From assembly GCA_965113315.1 (NCBI GenBank), contig OZ220365.1: 64,000 nucleotides of DNA; one strand, written 5' to 3'. Source of the stretch: Podarcis vaucheri (lineage: Eukaryota). The position numbers and the translations under genes were made by a program. Under the pieces are notes generated by a model. That model was given only the letters and a program-made list of their open reading frames with translations. It searched no databases and was not told the origin of the DNA. Positions 1 to 13,033 of this stretch are shown in pieces (positions within the stretch are counted from its first letter, which is position 1; the number at the start of each line of letters is the position of its first letter).

Positions 1-1302
1 CAGAGTAATTTTCTACCTAGCCAACTAGCTTGTGTCTGTTTTATAGTCTTGACAAGTGTGTAACAACACATGACATTAATAGAGTAGTGCAATCTTTGTT
101 GATCATTTCCAACTATGCTGTCTGGTGTTTTGGCCTGTCTTAGAAGACAGTTATTTGTCTTGATCAAATTAATTAGTAGTCATTGCCATCTTTATTATCC
201 TTGTTTGTTTATCTTGTAGACATTGATTTTCTTTTTTTAAGAAAAAATGAGGGAGATTATCATGCAGATATCTGAATATGTCTTATATCTGAAACTATTT
301 TAATTATTTTTCCAGTTCACCACATTTAATAACAAGAGAACACATATATTATCTGTTAAATTTATATCCTGCATCTTCTTCCAGAGGTGCCTAACACTTA
401 ATATTGTTGGGTGTTTTGTTGTTGCTTTTTATTGATATACATCTTGCCTTCATAAAAGTGCACTTTTCAGAGCCAGTTACTAAAGATAGGATATTTGTTA
501 AAACTCCTAAATGGAAAATGCATTCTTAAAGTGTTGAGAAGATCCTGTAATGGTAGTGAATAGTTCTAGATGTTAATTTTGTTACATAGAATACAAGAGA
601 AATATCAGTGATGGGCCCTTCTGAGTCCCTGAGCCCAACCATTCTATGCCTGAACTGAGACTTAAGAGTTCCTCTTGGCACTTTTTCTCCTGTTTTCATG
701 GTACAGTAGCCTCAGCAGGTGGAGCAGTGGTTATTACTATGGTCCGTCAATTCAAAACATGGGTTGCGATTCTTCTTTACAAAACATGGTTCATCATTTC
801 GGACATCATGTCAAACTATAGTTAAGCTTTTTAAAGCATTGTTTGCTAGATGATGCTGGGAGACATTCCTAACACATGGGATGGTAACTCCTTCATTGTG
901 GAATAGGCAGGGTCCTTGCAAGTCTTCTGCCTCTCCCTTGTAGGGAGGAGCCATCCGGCCCTCCAGACCAGAGCTTTGATTAGGTTGGGTCTGACCTAAG
1001 CTCTGAAGAGTTCTGTCAGAAATACTTTCGAGTTGCTATGGATGTTTTGGGGTTTGTCTTTCCTTTCACCTTCTGTTGCTTCTAAATCTTTTTCTCTGGT
1101 CTTTCTGTTTTATTGTCAGTGTTTGCATTTTGTTGGTTGAAATCTCATTTTTCTTGTTTTTCACTTCATCCCCCCCCCTCTATCTTTGGAGGATGAGTTA
1201 CACATAGTTTTCATTGAGGGATATGTTTTGTTAGCCCTGAGGTTGCTGTTATCTGCCAAGCAATCCCTGTGATGTAGTGCCTTCAGGCACAGAGCTTTTG
1301 CA

Positions 1303-2178
1303 GGTTAATTCAATGGTGTAAAGAAAATAATCTTATGCTTAACACCAAAAAAACCAAAGAACTCATAATTGACTTTAGGAGAAAGAAAAGTGTATTGTTA
1401 CCATTGCACATAAATGGCGAGGAAGTGGAGAGGGTTGGTAGTTTTAAATACCTGGGCATTTATATCTCGGAGGACCTCTCATGGACTACAAATATTAATA
1501 TGGTTGTGAGGAAGGTGCAGGGGAGGTTGTATTTCCTGAGAATGCTCAGGGGACTGAATCTATCCCAGCACCTACTCCTGTCCTATTATCATAGTACCGT
1601 CGAGAGTGTCTTAACCTATAGTATATTATCGTGGTATGGGAGCAGCTCTGAAACGGATAAAAAAGCTTTACAGCGAACAATTAAAATTGCCCAGAACGTT
1701 ATTGGGCTCCGACTACCAACCCTGGATGAGATCTTCACGTCTCGCATCTTAAAGAAGTCACATAACATTCTGAGAGATCCCACCCACCCTGCCCACAACT
1801 TCTTTGAGCTATTGCCTTCGGGCAGAAGATATAGGACAATGAAAACACGAACCACACGCCTTCTGAATAGTTTCTATCCAAGAGCTCTGATTGCACTAAA
1901 TAATGATCTCAGGGCCAGTTGCAAGGTTTAGTAAGTAGGGAGAGGAAGGAATGAGATAGGTTTTAGGTTATGTTATGCTTTTAATAGGTCATGCTATATT
2001 TTAGACTGTGTATGTTTTATAGATTTATAGATTATGACCAAATAGGATGAGAGCTCGGAGATACGTGCAAATGTATATGTGTATCCGGTCTTTGGGTGGG
2101 TGTTTGATTTTTGTTGCTGTGCATACTGTGTATATACGGACAATGACAATAAATTATCTAATCTAATCTAATCTAATC
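1303..2178 (+). mobile_element. 5'-truncated Rex1/Babar-type LINE (RT C-terminus, 3'UTR and (ATCTA)n tail)
   Basis: ORF 1335..1931 has KTKELIIDFRR, FKYLG and HPAHNFFELLPSGRRYR motifs typical of Rex1/Babar; it ends in AATAAA plus a TCTAA tandem tail. Confidence 0.9.
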
Positions 2179-2799
2179 AAAGTTATCAGAAAGGCATTTT
2201 GTTTGTGGCTCTTGTGCTATCTCCCTTGCAATCGAAAAGGATGCAGTTGGTCCAGTGAGAGCAAGTCCCACACCCTCTATAATCCAGCACAATTGCCTGG
2301 GTCAATACTGCTTTTAGCAGCATAATATTGCTGCTTAACCTTGGTGTGGTTTTGTAATTATGCTTGTCATAATCCAGAGTATTAAAAAAGAGGTCCATGG
2401 TGCAAATTTGATTGAATAGTAGTGGAAATAGTGAGGTAAATATAACTACCGCAGTCTCTGAAACTCAGAAATTCAGAAGTATATGCTGTAGGTTTGTTCA
2501 CCATACATGGATGAAGGGATTTACTTTACATACAGTGAAATAAACTTTCTTACACAATTTCTTGAAATATTGTTGATTCTCTGGCTGCTAAAGACTTAAT
2601 GAATAAACCTGACTAGTGAGACTGAGGATCACATTTTGTAGTAATTATATAGTATAATATTGTTGCATGCCACCCCAGTCTCCAAGCTGTGCAATATTCC
2701 AGGGGTTCTGGGTACTTTCCCAGGGTTTATGTTTCCTTTTGGAAATGAGGCACAGTGGAGACTGTGGTGTCTTTATGATATATGGTTCATTTACACGTA

Positions 2800-3026
2800 C
2801 AATGGTACCTTGGTTTGCATATGTTTTGGATTACAAACATGTCAAACCTGTAAGTGTGTGTCCCAGTTTGCAACCTTTTTTTTTTGGATTACAACCCATT
2901 ATTTTTTTTGGATTATGAACAAATTTTGGAGGCCCCATTGGCGAAAGCACGCCTTGGATTACAACCTGTTTTGGTTTACAAACAGACCTCTGGAACGGAT
3001 TTTGGTTGTAAACCAAGGTACCACTG
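2800..3026. mobile_element. Tc1/mariner (Tigger-like) MITE
   Basis: TIRs CAATGGTACCTTGGTTT / AAACCAAGGTACCACTG with TA on both sides. Confidence 0.85.
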
Positions 3027-4029
3027 TATATACAACCCGAGCCTACAATGTAGGGGTTCCCAGCATTAATACCCCAAAAGGATCTTGTTTCTCCCATATC
3101 CGCAGCCTTAGATTCAAATAGAAATCAAACACTGCTCTCAAATGTATCTCTGCCTCTCCTCTCCAGCCTGCTGCTTTATTTCTAGATCATATTGCCCTCT
3201 CAACTCTCTTCCAAACTCTGGCTTGTCTCTTGAGTGAGGAGCCCCCACCCATTAGCCATCTCATACCAAGCTCCTTAATCACCTCATCAGACAGCTAACT
3301 TGGCTTGGTTAACTTTTAACACTTGGTGGATCCAGGGATTAGAAGGTTCTGGCACATATCTCAACACCACAAACTCCTAGCAATATAGTCTTGCATAGTA
3401 TAGTATTACAGGTACCCACAAATCTCCTTGCCAGGGACGAGTACACACAGCAGCCCAGAGGCTCGTTTTCCATTGCAATTTTTAAGCAGGTAAAAAATAG
3501 CAGGAGTCCCTTCCCATCAGCATAAGAAAGACTGCTGTTTCTTATCTTACCCATATGCTGCCAAAATGTGAGATGACCCTGCATCTCAAGAAATGGGAAG
3601 TGACTGGTGACAGGCACTAGTAAGGGCTGGCTAGTAAGCCAAGCCAACATTTTTGGACACTTAAATATTGTAAATGTACAGATGGCTTTTGATTGGGTTA
3701 CTTGCTCTGGGGAACAACTCATTTTCATTAGCTTGAAATTTCATTCTGTCCAGTAAATTACTCTGTATAACTGCAAAGCTTACATACTTAAGTACCAAGG
3801 TAAATTGCTCCAATATGAGTTATAATTATAATTTAGATATTTTGAATCTACTGTTATCTATTGAGGATAGAATAAGAAACTAATAACCATTTGATACTGT
3901 AAGTAAGTTTGAAGGTCTTTCAAATAATTAAAAACACCATTGGATGATTATTAAGCCTGCCTAAGATAAGTTTATGAATACTGAAATATATTGTATCGTT
4001 TCCCCACTTAATTCTCTTTCTATGAACAG

Positions 4030-4077
4030 GTGGTGAAAGACCCTGTGGCGTACATGAACTAATTTGCATTAGAAAAG
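4030..4077 (+). CDS. SYT14: SYT14 coding exon 2 (N-terminal luminal part, GGERPCGVHELICIRK)
   Basis: Acceptor ...tctttctatgaacag| and donor AAAG|gtaagc; 48 nt, phase 1-1. The translation matches the mammalian SYT14 N-terminus as I recall it (GGERTCGVHELICIRK). Confidence 0.93.
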
Positions 4078-4611
4078 GTAAGCAACTTCTTTGAATACTT
4101 TTAATTATCTAAACATTTTTTAAAATAGTGGAACAGCCTAGAAGAGTTAAGGAAAGAGCAATCCAGACCCTTATGTTCAGCTCTCCTCAGCTCAGCTAGT
4201 CTCCCACTGGCTGCTGAATGTCCCCACCAGTGGGGGCAGCACACAGCCCTGGAATGGGGCATTCCAAGGCTGTGAAGAGGCTGATGCTGAGCTGGCCCAA
4301 GATCTGCTGCCTCACAGCTGTTGTATGTCATCATTGGACCTAGCTGTTGTGCTAGCTGGTAGGTGGCATAGCAATCAGGTCTGAATTGGGCCCAAGTCTC
4401 TTACTCTGCTGTTACTGTCATGAGTGTTAGGACTATGGATGCAGTGGTTGTTCCTTTACTCTGCAATCAGATTTCCAGGAAGTTGCTTCAAATTCAATCT
4501 AGTTGTGCTTAAGAATCATTTCTATATTTTTGCATGTAGTAAAGCCTATTTCAGGCCAATTATTCTCCTGCTGTCTTCATGTGAGAAATGCTTGCTACAG
4601 AGCAATTTGTA

Positions 4612-4700
4612 TAGCCACTGTAGTGTAGTGGACAGAATCTTAGATTTGGCCTGGGAAGACCTTGGTTCAAATCTCCTTCAGCGTGAAGTGCTGCTGGCAA
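4612..4700 (+). mobile_element. Degenerate tRNA-derived SINE head (Squam3/MIR-like)
   Basis: A-box-like TAGTGTAGTGG and B-box GGTTCAAATC. Confidence 0.45.
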
Positions 4701-6299
4701 AAATTTGGGTGAAAGATGACTGGTGGGCCATTTCAAAAGAATTGAAAGGCAAGACCTGGTCCAGAGATGGACAGTTTGTCACACCTCCCTTTAAGGAAGG
4801 ACGTAATACAAATGTGATAGAATAATAAAATAACTGAATTCCGAATTGTAGGGTCATCTAGTCCAACCCCCTTCAATGCAGGAATCTCAATGAATGAATG
4901 AAACCTTAATTAAGCTCTTTTAAGCATGCCAAAGCACTAAAGTTGTCCAGTGGAAATTATTTTATTCTTTTCTTCTTCTTCTTGCATGGCAAACTCCCAT
5001 TCAGTATCACAATCTGCATTTGAAATTTTCAGTTTCCAAAGAGGCTTGCAATGCAGCATGGAAAGTTGCTTTTCCAGAAACACAAGTCAAAAGTTTATTT
5101 TAATGCATAGCCATAGTTGTATGGTTCTTTGGATCCAGGCTATAGGCTATATGTGTCAAATCTTAATTGTACTGAAAATTATTTATTTTACTTATATAAT
5201 TCAATACTTATATAATTACTGTCAATAGATCTCAAAGCGGTTTACATTTAAAAAGTCCAAGTACATACGTATTCAGTAAGCCCATTCTCCTTTCAAGTTT
5301 AAATTAAAGTACTTGGAAAATATAACCTATTCAAAATACATGATTGATTTTGGTGCAATACATTTTACAGCTAACAATTTGAATATAAGTCTGGCATATC
5401 AGTAAAAGCAGCATAGTAACATCCCATAAATGCCTGAATAAATACAGGTTAATCTCAGGACGAAAGTGCTATGTCAGAGTAGTATCAGACAAACATGGAA
5501 TCATCACAAAACTTTGCAAAGAGGAATTTATTAGGAGTGAACCCTTCCTTATACACATTGGCTGCTAATTAATTTACACCATGATACTATTTGTGGGCTA
5601 CAAGCATTCAGATGGCATCTTATGCCTATCTCAGGTTCAGGCCTTTTAGTTTTCTGTTTTTCTTAGCAACAGAAGTGTGCTTATAGGAGCTGTTTTGCAA
5701 AATGTTTTGTAGAGATAACCCAATGCTCCACTGCACTGGGAACATTGTTCCTTTTGTTGGTCTGTCACCACCTCTGACACTTGAACGGGTTAAAGCTAAT
5801 CTGCAAAGAGGCCTAAATTCCATAAACCTGTGGGATATAGAGAGAGTTTTGAAACTATTCCAGACACTCCTGCCCCTGTTTAAAGAATTAAGACTGAATG
5901 GATGTGAGGAAACATATTTTTATCATTGATGTAAGTTGCCTTGAGCATTGAGAATAGGAAGTAAAATGGTTAAATAAATATTTTAAGCATTAGCAAAATA
6001 ACTTTGTCATCACCAGTTTGTTTTTTAGAAGGTATGAAACTAGATATGTTTTTTTCCCTTTAGTCTGTTATTATCATAATGCTTGTGTTTTGAAAGCCAT
6101 TTACTAGCTCTTTAATAAATCAAGATTATATAACCCAATGAAACTAGATAGGTACTTGGCTATGGTAGATTGAATTTCCATTGGTAACAATCAACTGATA
6201 TATTGTCTGGTGATTTCCAGCTTTAAAATGTTGCATAGTGTAGCTTTGTCCACTCATTTCCATATGGCATATTGTTTACTAGACAACTCTTAAAGAAGT

Positions 6300-6440
6300 A
6301 GTAGTAGTAATAGTAGTAGTAATAATAATAATAATAATAATAATTAATAATAATAATAATATTTCTATCCTGCCTATCTGACTGAGTTGCCCCAACCACT
6401 CTGGACAGATTCCAACACAGAATAAAAACACAACAGAACC
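6300..6440 (-). mobile_element. 3' end of an L2-type LINE with (TTA)n tail
   Basis: Reverse complement resembles the 3'UTR and tail at 43980-44070; (TAA)n run at 6320-6360. Confidence 0.6.
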
Positions 6441-6504
6441 AATTTTGTTATGTATTAATAGCAAAAAAGCCATATCCTCCAAAGTATCTTAACAAATGAA
6501 AGTA

Positions 6505-6723
6505 GGGTCACACCTCTAACCTTTCATGTCTGTCATGTCCCTGTTTAAATGCCCTTAAAGCAAACAAACAAACAAACAAACAAACCCCAAAACACAGTTG
6601 TAACCTTATGGCATAAACTGGGAATTGCTCTACCCACTTGAACATTTTGGTTACCCGCTTTTTAATCTCTCCCTGCCCGCCCCTAGTTCTACATAACTTT
6701 TTGAGATGGCATGCCCAAAACAA
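6505..6723 (-). mobile_element. Old CR1-like fragment interrupted by the MITE at 6726
   Basis: Minus-strand remnant (VLFWACHLKK...KKRVTKMFKWVEQ...) resembles the CR1 ORF2 C-terminus and continues after 7556. Confidence 0.5.
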
Positions 6724-6725
6724 TA

Positions 6726-7554
6726 CAGTGGTACTTTGGTTCTCAAACTTAATCCGTTCCAGAAGTCCGTTCCAAAACCAAAATGTTCCAAAACCAAGGC
6801 ACGCTTTCCCATAGAAAGCAATGCAGAACAGATTCACCTGTTCCAGACTTTTAAAAACAACCCCTGAAACAGCAATTTAACATGAATTTTACTAACTAAT
6901 GAGACTATTGGTCCATAAAATGAAAGCAATAATCAATGTAAGGTAAAGGTAAAGGGACCCCTGACCATTAGGTACAGTCACGGACGACTCTGGGGTTGTG
7001 GTGCTCATTTCACTTTATTGGCTGAGGGAGCTGGTGTACAGCTTCCGGGTCATGTGGCCAGCATGACTAAGCCGCTTCTGGCAAACCAGAGCAGCACACT
7101 GTATCAATGTACTGTACTATAAAATAAGTAAGACAGCATTGTAGATGATAAAAATTAAAATTATTTTTTTCTCTTTACCTGCACTGATGATAGTCATTGT
7201 TTGGATGGGGGACTTTTATCCATTTCCACAGTCACACAATCAAACAGTAAGTAGCTGAATTGGGTTCCACACAGTCACAAAAACAATTTAACCGAATACC
7301 CCTAAAAATAAAAAACGCAAAATAAATAGCAAAAACAAAAGCTCCAAACTTAATCTGCTTCGGAAGTCCGTTTGACTTCCAAAATGTTTGAAAACCAAGG
7401 CACAGCTTCTGATTGGTGCAGACGCCTCGGAAACAATAGCCAACAGCCGCATTGGACGTTTTGCTTCTGAAAAAAAACGTTAGAAAACTGGAACACTTAC
7501 TTCTGGGTTTTCGGCATTTGGGAACCAAGACATTTGAGAACCAAGGTACCACTG
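6726..7554. mobile_element. Tc1/mariner non-autonomous element containing a nested SINE
   Basis: TIRs CAGTGGTACTTTGGTTCTCAAA / TTTGAGAACCAAGGTACCACTG, TA TSD. Confidence 0.88.
6941..7102 (-). mobile_element. 5'-truncated Sauria SINE nested in the MITE
   Basis: (AAAGGT)n reverse tail, SINE body, and TSD ATCAATGTA at 6932-6940 and 7103-7111. Confidence 0.88.
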
Positions 7555-8129
7555 TACACAGTACTGTACCTCAAAGCATGGACACACCATATATTTGTAT
7601 TTTAATTATGTGATGCTGGAAGTTTTATTTTTGATTCCTTCCCTAATAATAGCTATCATGCAATTTACTTTTTTCACAGCTGCAGCATCCTGGTCAGTTG
7701 TTTTCATTGAGCTATCCACCACAACCTCGAGTTATTTGTTGGTCAGTCAGTGCCAGCTCAGACTCCAAAGTCGCCTTGTAAAGTTAGGATTTTTTTTACC
7801 ATGAAATGTATCACTTTGCTGTTACTTTCACTGAACCACACTTTATTTATTTAACAAGTCCCCCCCCCCCGTTTAAACAACAAAAACCTCTTTTGTTTTT
7901 AAGTTTTACATAAAGCAGTACAAAAATTCATTAAAACACCAATAAAAACAGTAGGCAAAGTAAAATGTATCAAAATATAAGTAAAAGTCTGTAGTTTTAC
8001 AACAAATAGATGTAATAAAATTCTATGTCTAGTAGGTTTACCTAAGCAAATACGTTTTTAGCAGTTACCAGAAACTACAGTGAGGTTTTCATCATTAGTT
8101 GGCACTTGTCAATGTGCCAGCTTTGCAGA

Positions 8130-8790
8130 TTGAACCATTTGAGTGGGTAAGATAATTTCGCCTTTTTATTGCCTATTCAGCCAGTTAGGAGAGCTCTTTA
8201 TGGAGTTTTTTTTTTTTGCTTTTTTTACCATTCTGAATAACTTGGTGTCATCAGCAAACTACCATCTTATTGCTTATGCCTAGCTCCAGATAATTAATGA
8301 ATAATTTAAAAAGTTCTTGTTCCAATACAGTTCCTTACCTCCCTCATTGTGAAAACCATCCATTTGTGCTCTGACCTCTTATCCACTAGCTTCTAAGTTT
8401 ACTTTGGTGAAGGAATTAGTCAAACACTTTTTGAAAGCAGAAGGATAAAATGTGCTTGTTGTCACTGTCAAGGAACTCTGAACAGAATAGTGAGGCAGAC
8501 TTATTTCTGCAGAAAGCACATGAGGTTTTTCCAGCAAAACTTGTTCATCTCAGCACTTGGTAATTTTATCTTTAACAATATTTTAAGTGTATTTAGAATA
8601 TACTTTAAGCTAACAAGTGTGTAATTTTTTGGCGCCCCCACATCCTTTTAAAAAAGTTATTATACTGGGCACTTTCCAGTTCTCAAGTATAGAGACTGAT
8701 CTTATTTCAAGATCAGCAATTTCACATTTGTGTTTTTAAAGAACTCGTGGATGGGATACCATTAGAATCTGCTAATTTTTAAGTTGTCAA
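8130..8790 (-). mobile_element. Degraded CR1-like RT fragment
   Basis: Minus strand reads TTTGCTGATGACACCAAG (FADDTK RT motif) near 8241-8258, with surrounding CR1-like remnants; boundaries approximate. Confidence 0.55.
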
Positions 8791-10648
8791 GGCTTTGAAA
8801 ACTAGCAATACAATTTTAAATTACCTTCCAATCTAAAGGTACTAAATGTAAGGAATGTAGGACAGATACGATCTGATCACAGTTGCTTAGAGCAGGAAGT
8901 AACTATGCTATTCTATTATGAACAATTTAGTTCATAAAGCAGCATTACTGGAGGCCCATATAGAAGGAAATAGCAGAAACTGAGCTTTGTGACCACCAGA
9001 GACCATTGGGGCAAAACCACCACAGGACAAATAAAATCACAATTAGCACATCAATCTCAAACTCAGTATTCAAAATTTGAAGATGATAATGACCCACTTC
9101 CTTGATCTGAACTTGTCAATGCAAAAGAAATTGAGGACATTAATATTGTGCCCTTCAGACCCTCATATTGCACCCTTCATACATTCCCCACCAGTCTTCC
9201 CAGCAGAGAAAAAAGTACTATGATGCAAAGGGGTAAGAGATATGTTATGTTTACCTATGGCACTCTTAAGTGTCTGCTACTGAATCACTTGGGTGTAGAA
9301 CAGCACATAGAGGAACACATTTAAATCTCTTTGGAACAACACATAATTGTTCTTCATTAGTGATTCAATCTCATCTTGTGGATATAGATTTTGTAGGTAT
9401 ATTTTATTCAAGTTGGCTCATCTTGAAGAGGCAGTTCATGTTCAGTCATTTCTGATGAGATGCAGCTGTAAGGTCCAGTGTAATCATAATGGCTAGCTGT
9501 CCTTGATCTAAACTCCTCAGCAGATCAGCCATGCCCATAAAAAGTTTGAGGTTACAGAATTAAAAAAATTGGGGATAGTAGGTCAGTGCACCTGGAATAC
9601 GGCTTGGAGGCACCTATTAAGGGGCTAAAAAGGTCAGATTTGTGTACTAGTTATTGCCATGACTATGGGCTAGTTAGGGCTGGAATAACTGCTGTTCCTT
9701 CTGAGGTGGTGATTCAGAAGTGGGAGAAAATTTGGTAAGGGTCATGCAGTGACCGCTCCCCATGTGTTTCCTCCTTGTACGTGCGGAAGAGCCACCTCTG
9801 GCAAATTATTGTGTGTCCACTTGGGTCTTAGACCAACTTACCTGGGAGTAAGTCCCACTGAACTTGATGACATCATAACTGAAGTTACATATATGAGTGC
9901 ATAATGCCCTTCCTCCCAATAAGACCACTAAGTTCAGGGTCTAAAATTACCTAGCTGCACCACTGGCACAGTTCCTTCCTGAAATAGACCATTCCTTAAA
10001 TTGGGGCTTATGACCTCTCTCTGTTCCCTTCCTCTCCCCCTTTTCCAAGCCTAAAAAGCCTTACTTTATAGTTTGTGTACATCAAATGAATTTTATATGG
10101 ACTAGAGAAAATGATTTTAACTACAATCCTATAACTCTCACCAGTAAGCAAATACCAAGGAAATAAATGGGTTTACTCAGAACTGAGTAGACATGTAGAG
10201 AATTGTGCTGCGTGAAGGCAGTCTTGATTGCGGTGCACACTTAGCTGAAGTAAGCCTCACTGAATACAATAAAACTTACTTTGAGGTAAAAATGCATAAG
10301 ATTGTGCTGTAAATTCAGACTTCCGCTTGTTTTGTGTTTATTTAACAGTAACCTTATTATTTTTTAAAAAATATTATGAACTCCTAATTTATTTTCATTG
10401 AATTATATTTTTAGTTTTTATCCCATCACTATATCATATACTTTATAATACATATTTCAAAATGTATATTAAGGTTTTGTGAAAGTCTTAATTGCTTGAT
10501 GGACTCAAATTTTATATTACAAAAAGGGCTAATTTTTGTTTAAATCTTTGCTAAACTTACGGACTTTGAAGCAAAAAAGTAATTCAATTTCTTCCCCTCC
10601 CCCTTTTCATCTAGTTTATAGACCATCTGCTGGGTGTAGTTAGAGCAC

Positions 10649-10697
10649 ATGAAAGTGCGAAGGATGGTAGAGAACGAGACAAGCAGCTTTGACATAG
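10649..10697 (+). CDS. Candidate alternative 5' exon of SYT14 (MKVRRMVENETSSFDI, in frame with the TM exon)
   Basis: Polypyrimidine acceptor at about 10589-10614; ATGs at 10649 and 10664 (aggATGG); phase-1 donor TAG|GTAACA giving ...FDI-V-SPEAVG. Confidence 0.4.
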
Positions 10698-11372
10698 GTA
10701 ACATGTCTCAAAAGAAACAAAGCAAAGTAATCAACATTTCCCATTGAATTTGTGGTTCAGATATATTAAAAGAGTAAAGATGACTAGGATTTCTTAGTTT
10801 TAAACTATGGATAAAATATTTTCTGTGAAACCAAAATTATATAGCGTAAAGTAAGTTAGATGCTGACTGTATCGGAATATTGCAGTAAACCTGCTGTTTC
10901 CGTAGCACAAATAGGAGCACCAAACCACAGTCCCTGGATTAGAGTTATGTCTGAACTAGCAACTGTGGTTTGATTTGCTTCACATGAATTACAATCTAAA
11001 ACCAAAATTCGTTTTTGGCTTTCTGAGCATGACTTGTTCAAGAAAAACAAACCACCATCTTTGGGTCGGATGTAATGCTAAGTCAGGGATAATGGTTTAT
11101 TGCTTTTGTTTGTACTAGAGCAGGATCAGATTTGGAATGATCTGTGTCTTATGTGCAAAGAGGACCAATGTGTGTATAACTATAATATAAAAATTTTGTT
11201 TTTGGAAATATAATGAATAATTACAATACTTAGTGCTTCAGCAAAATTTGAGGGTAATGTTTTTAAAAGCATTGAACTTCACGGAGCTGAATATAATATA
11301 AAAAGTTCAACAGTGGAAAAAAAGCTTGCTCCTTTCTTGAAGGTAAAGGAATATGTCAGAGACACTTTAGTA

Positions 11373-11604
11373 CAGTAGTACCTTGGTTGTTGAACTTAAT
11401 CCGTTCTGGGAGTCCATTTGACTCCCGAAACGGTTTGAAAACCAAGGTGCGGCTTCCGATTGGCTGCAGGAGCTTCCTGCACCCAATTGGAATCTATGGA
11501 AGCCGCGTTGGACGTTCAGCTTCCAAAAAAGCTTGCAAACTGGAACGGTATTTGGGAGCTGATATGTTCGACAACTAAGCCGTTTGACAACCAAGGTACC
11601 ACTG
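11373..11604. mobile_element. Tc1/mariner MITE (short relative of 6726-7554)
   Basis: TIRs CAGTAGTACCTTGGTTGT / ACAACCAAGGTACCACTG, TA TSD. Confidence 0.85.
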
Positions 11605-12791
11605 TAACAGCATTTCAACTTGGAGGAGCCCTTTAAGCCTGTCATAATTTGTGGTGTGGCTTGTTTGCTTCCATTTTGCGGCTATTTTCATAAAACCTGT
11701 AATTTGTCCCGCTAATGTGGTATGGGAATTGCTTCGTTGGGTCACATTGAATATAAGTAACATTTGTTTACAGGAGTCTTCTGAAATCAGTGGATAATGT
11801 GGTTACTTCTCACACTAGCACTAGTATTGTGGTGTTGATGTAGGTGTAATCATATAACCAAACTCTTCCATGTGGTTCCTAGAAATAGACACTATTGGTG
11901 TGGCATGTGAGTCATCTATGCAGAATCTCTCTCACATTTCAGTGGTTGGTTACATATAAATTGGCCCTGAGTTATGAATGAGGCTGAATGTAATCTAGAA
12001 TGCATCAGACAAATACCTTAGAGATGTTGAATAATGTAGAGCATGACTGATCCTGCTCAATGCAGGTATTCCATTCCCCAGGGTTCTGTGGTTAAGCAGT
12101 AGCAATTAAATGTTTCTTTAAATATTTTCATTGTCTTGTGGTCACAGTTTATTTGTTTAGCTAGAGATTTAGGTTGGACGTAATCAATAATCTGTCATTC
12201 AAGTTATTTTACTTAATTTATGTGACGTAATTATGTGCATTTGCATCTCACTAAAATAAATACAATAAATTCATGTAATTGCATCAGCTTGCTGATTTCT
12301 AGAGAGATAATTTACTATTTATTGTAATCTGTTGATCATAAATAAGGATAATCATAACAAAAAAGGACAAATCCTAAATTTAGAAATGATGAGCCATTAG
12401 ATGAGCTTGTTGCATGGATCAGTGCTCATTACTTTTTATAAATCTAAAATAATGTTTATCTTCATAAAACAGGAAAGTATGATCCATCTTAAATGAAACA
12501 CTTTGAAGGCCTGTTCGTTTCAGTTGGAGTTAAGCACTTGCTCAGTTCCCTCCCTTTGAAATTAATAGGATTTAAATATGTTGAGCTGTATCTGGATTCC
12601 ACCCAATATTTGAGTAAGCAATCAAAGTCACTATCTGTGGTACTTATTTAGTGGGAACAGAATATTCAAAGTGTAGGTTTTGCACTTTGTAATCTAGTTG
12701 ACCTATAGTGCCATCTAATGGCTAATTTATGAAATACGTTAAAAAATTTCCCATGAAAACCATGGTCTAATGAATACTGTGCAAAATAATA

Positions 12792-13033
12792 CAGTGGTAC
12801 CTTGGATTACATACACTTCAGATTACATACACTTCAGGTTACAGACTCCGCTAACCCAGAAATATTACCTCGGGTTAAGAACTTTGCTTCAGGATGAGAA
12901 CAGAAATCGTGCTCTGGCAGCGCGGCGGCAGCAGGAGGTCCCATTAGCTAAAGTGGTGCTTCTGGTTAAGAACAGTTTCAGGTTAAGAACGGACCTCCAG
13001 AACGAATTAAGTACTTAACCCGAGGTACCACTG
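12792..13033. mobile_element. Tc1/mariner MITE
   Basis: TIRs CAGTGGTACCT / AGGTACCACTG, TA TSD; near-identical to 14293-14520. Confidence 0.88.

Noticed and set aside
2660-3121. 153-aa ORF and other short ORFs over MITEs and SINEs
   Set aside because: They span repeats or low-complexity sequence, with no recognisable domains or splice logic.
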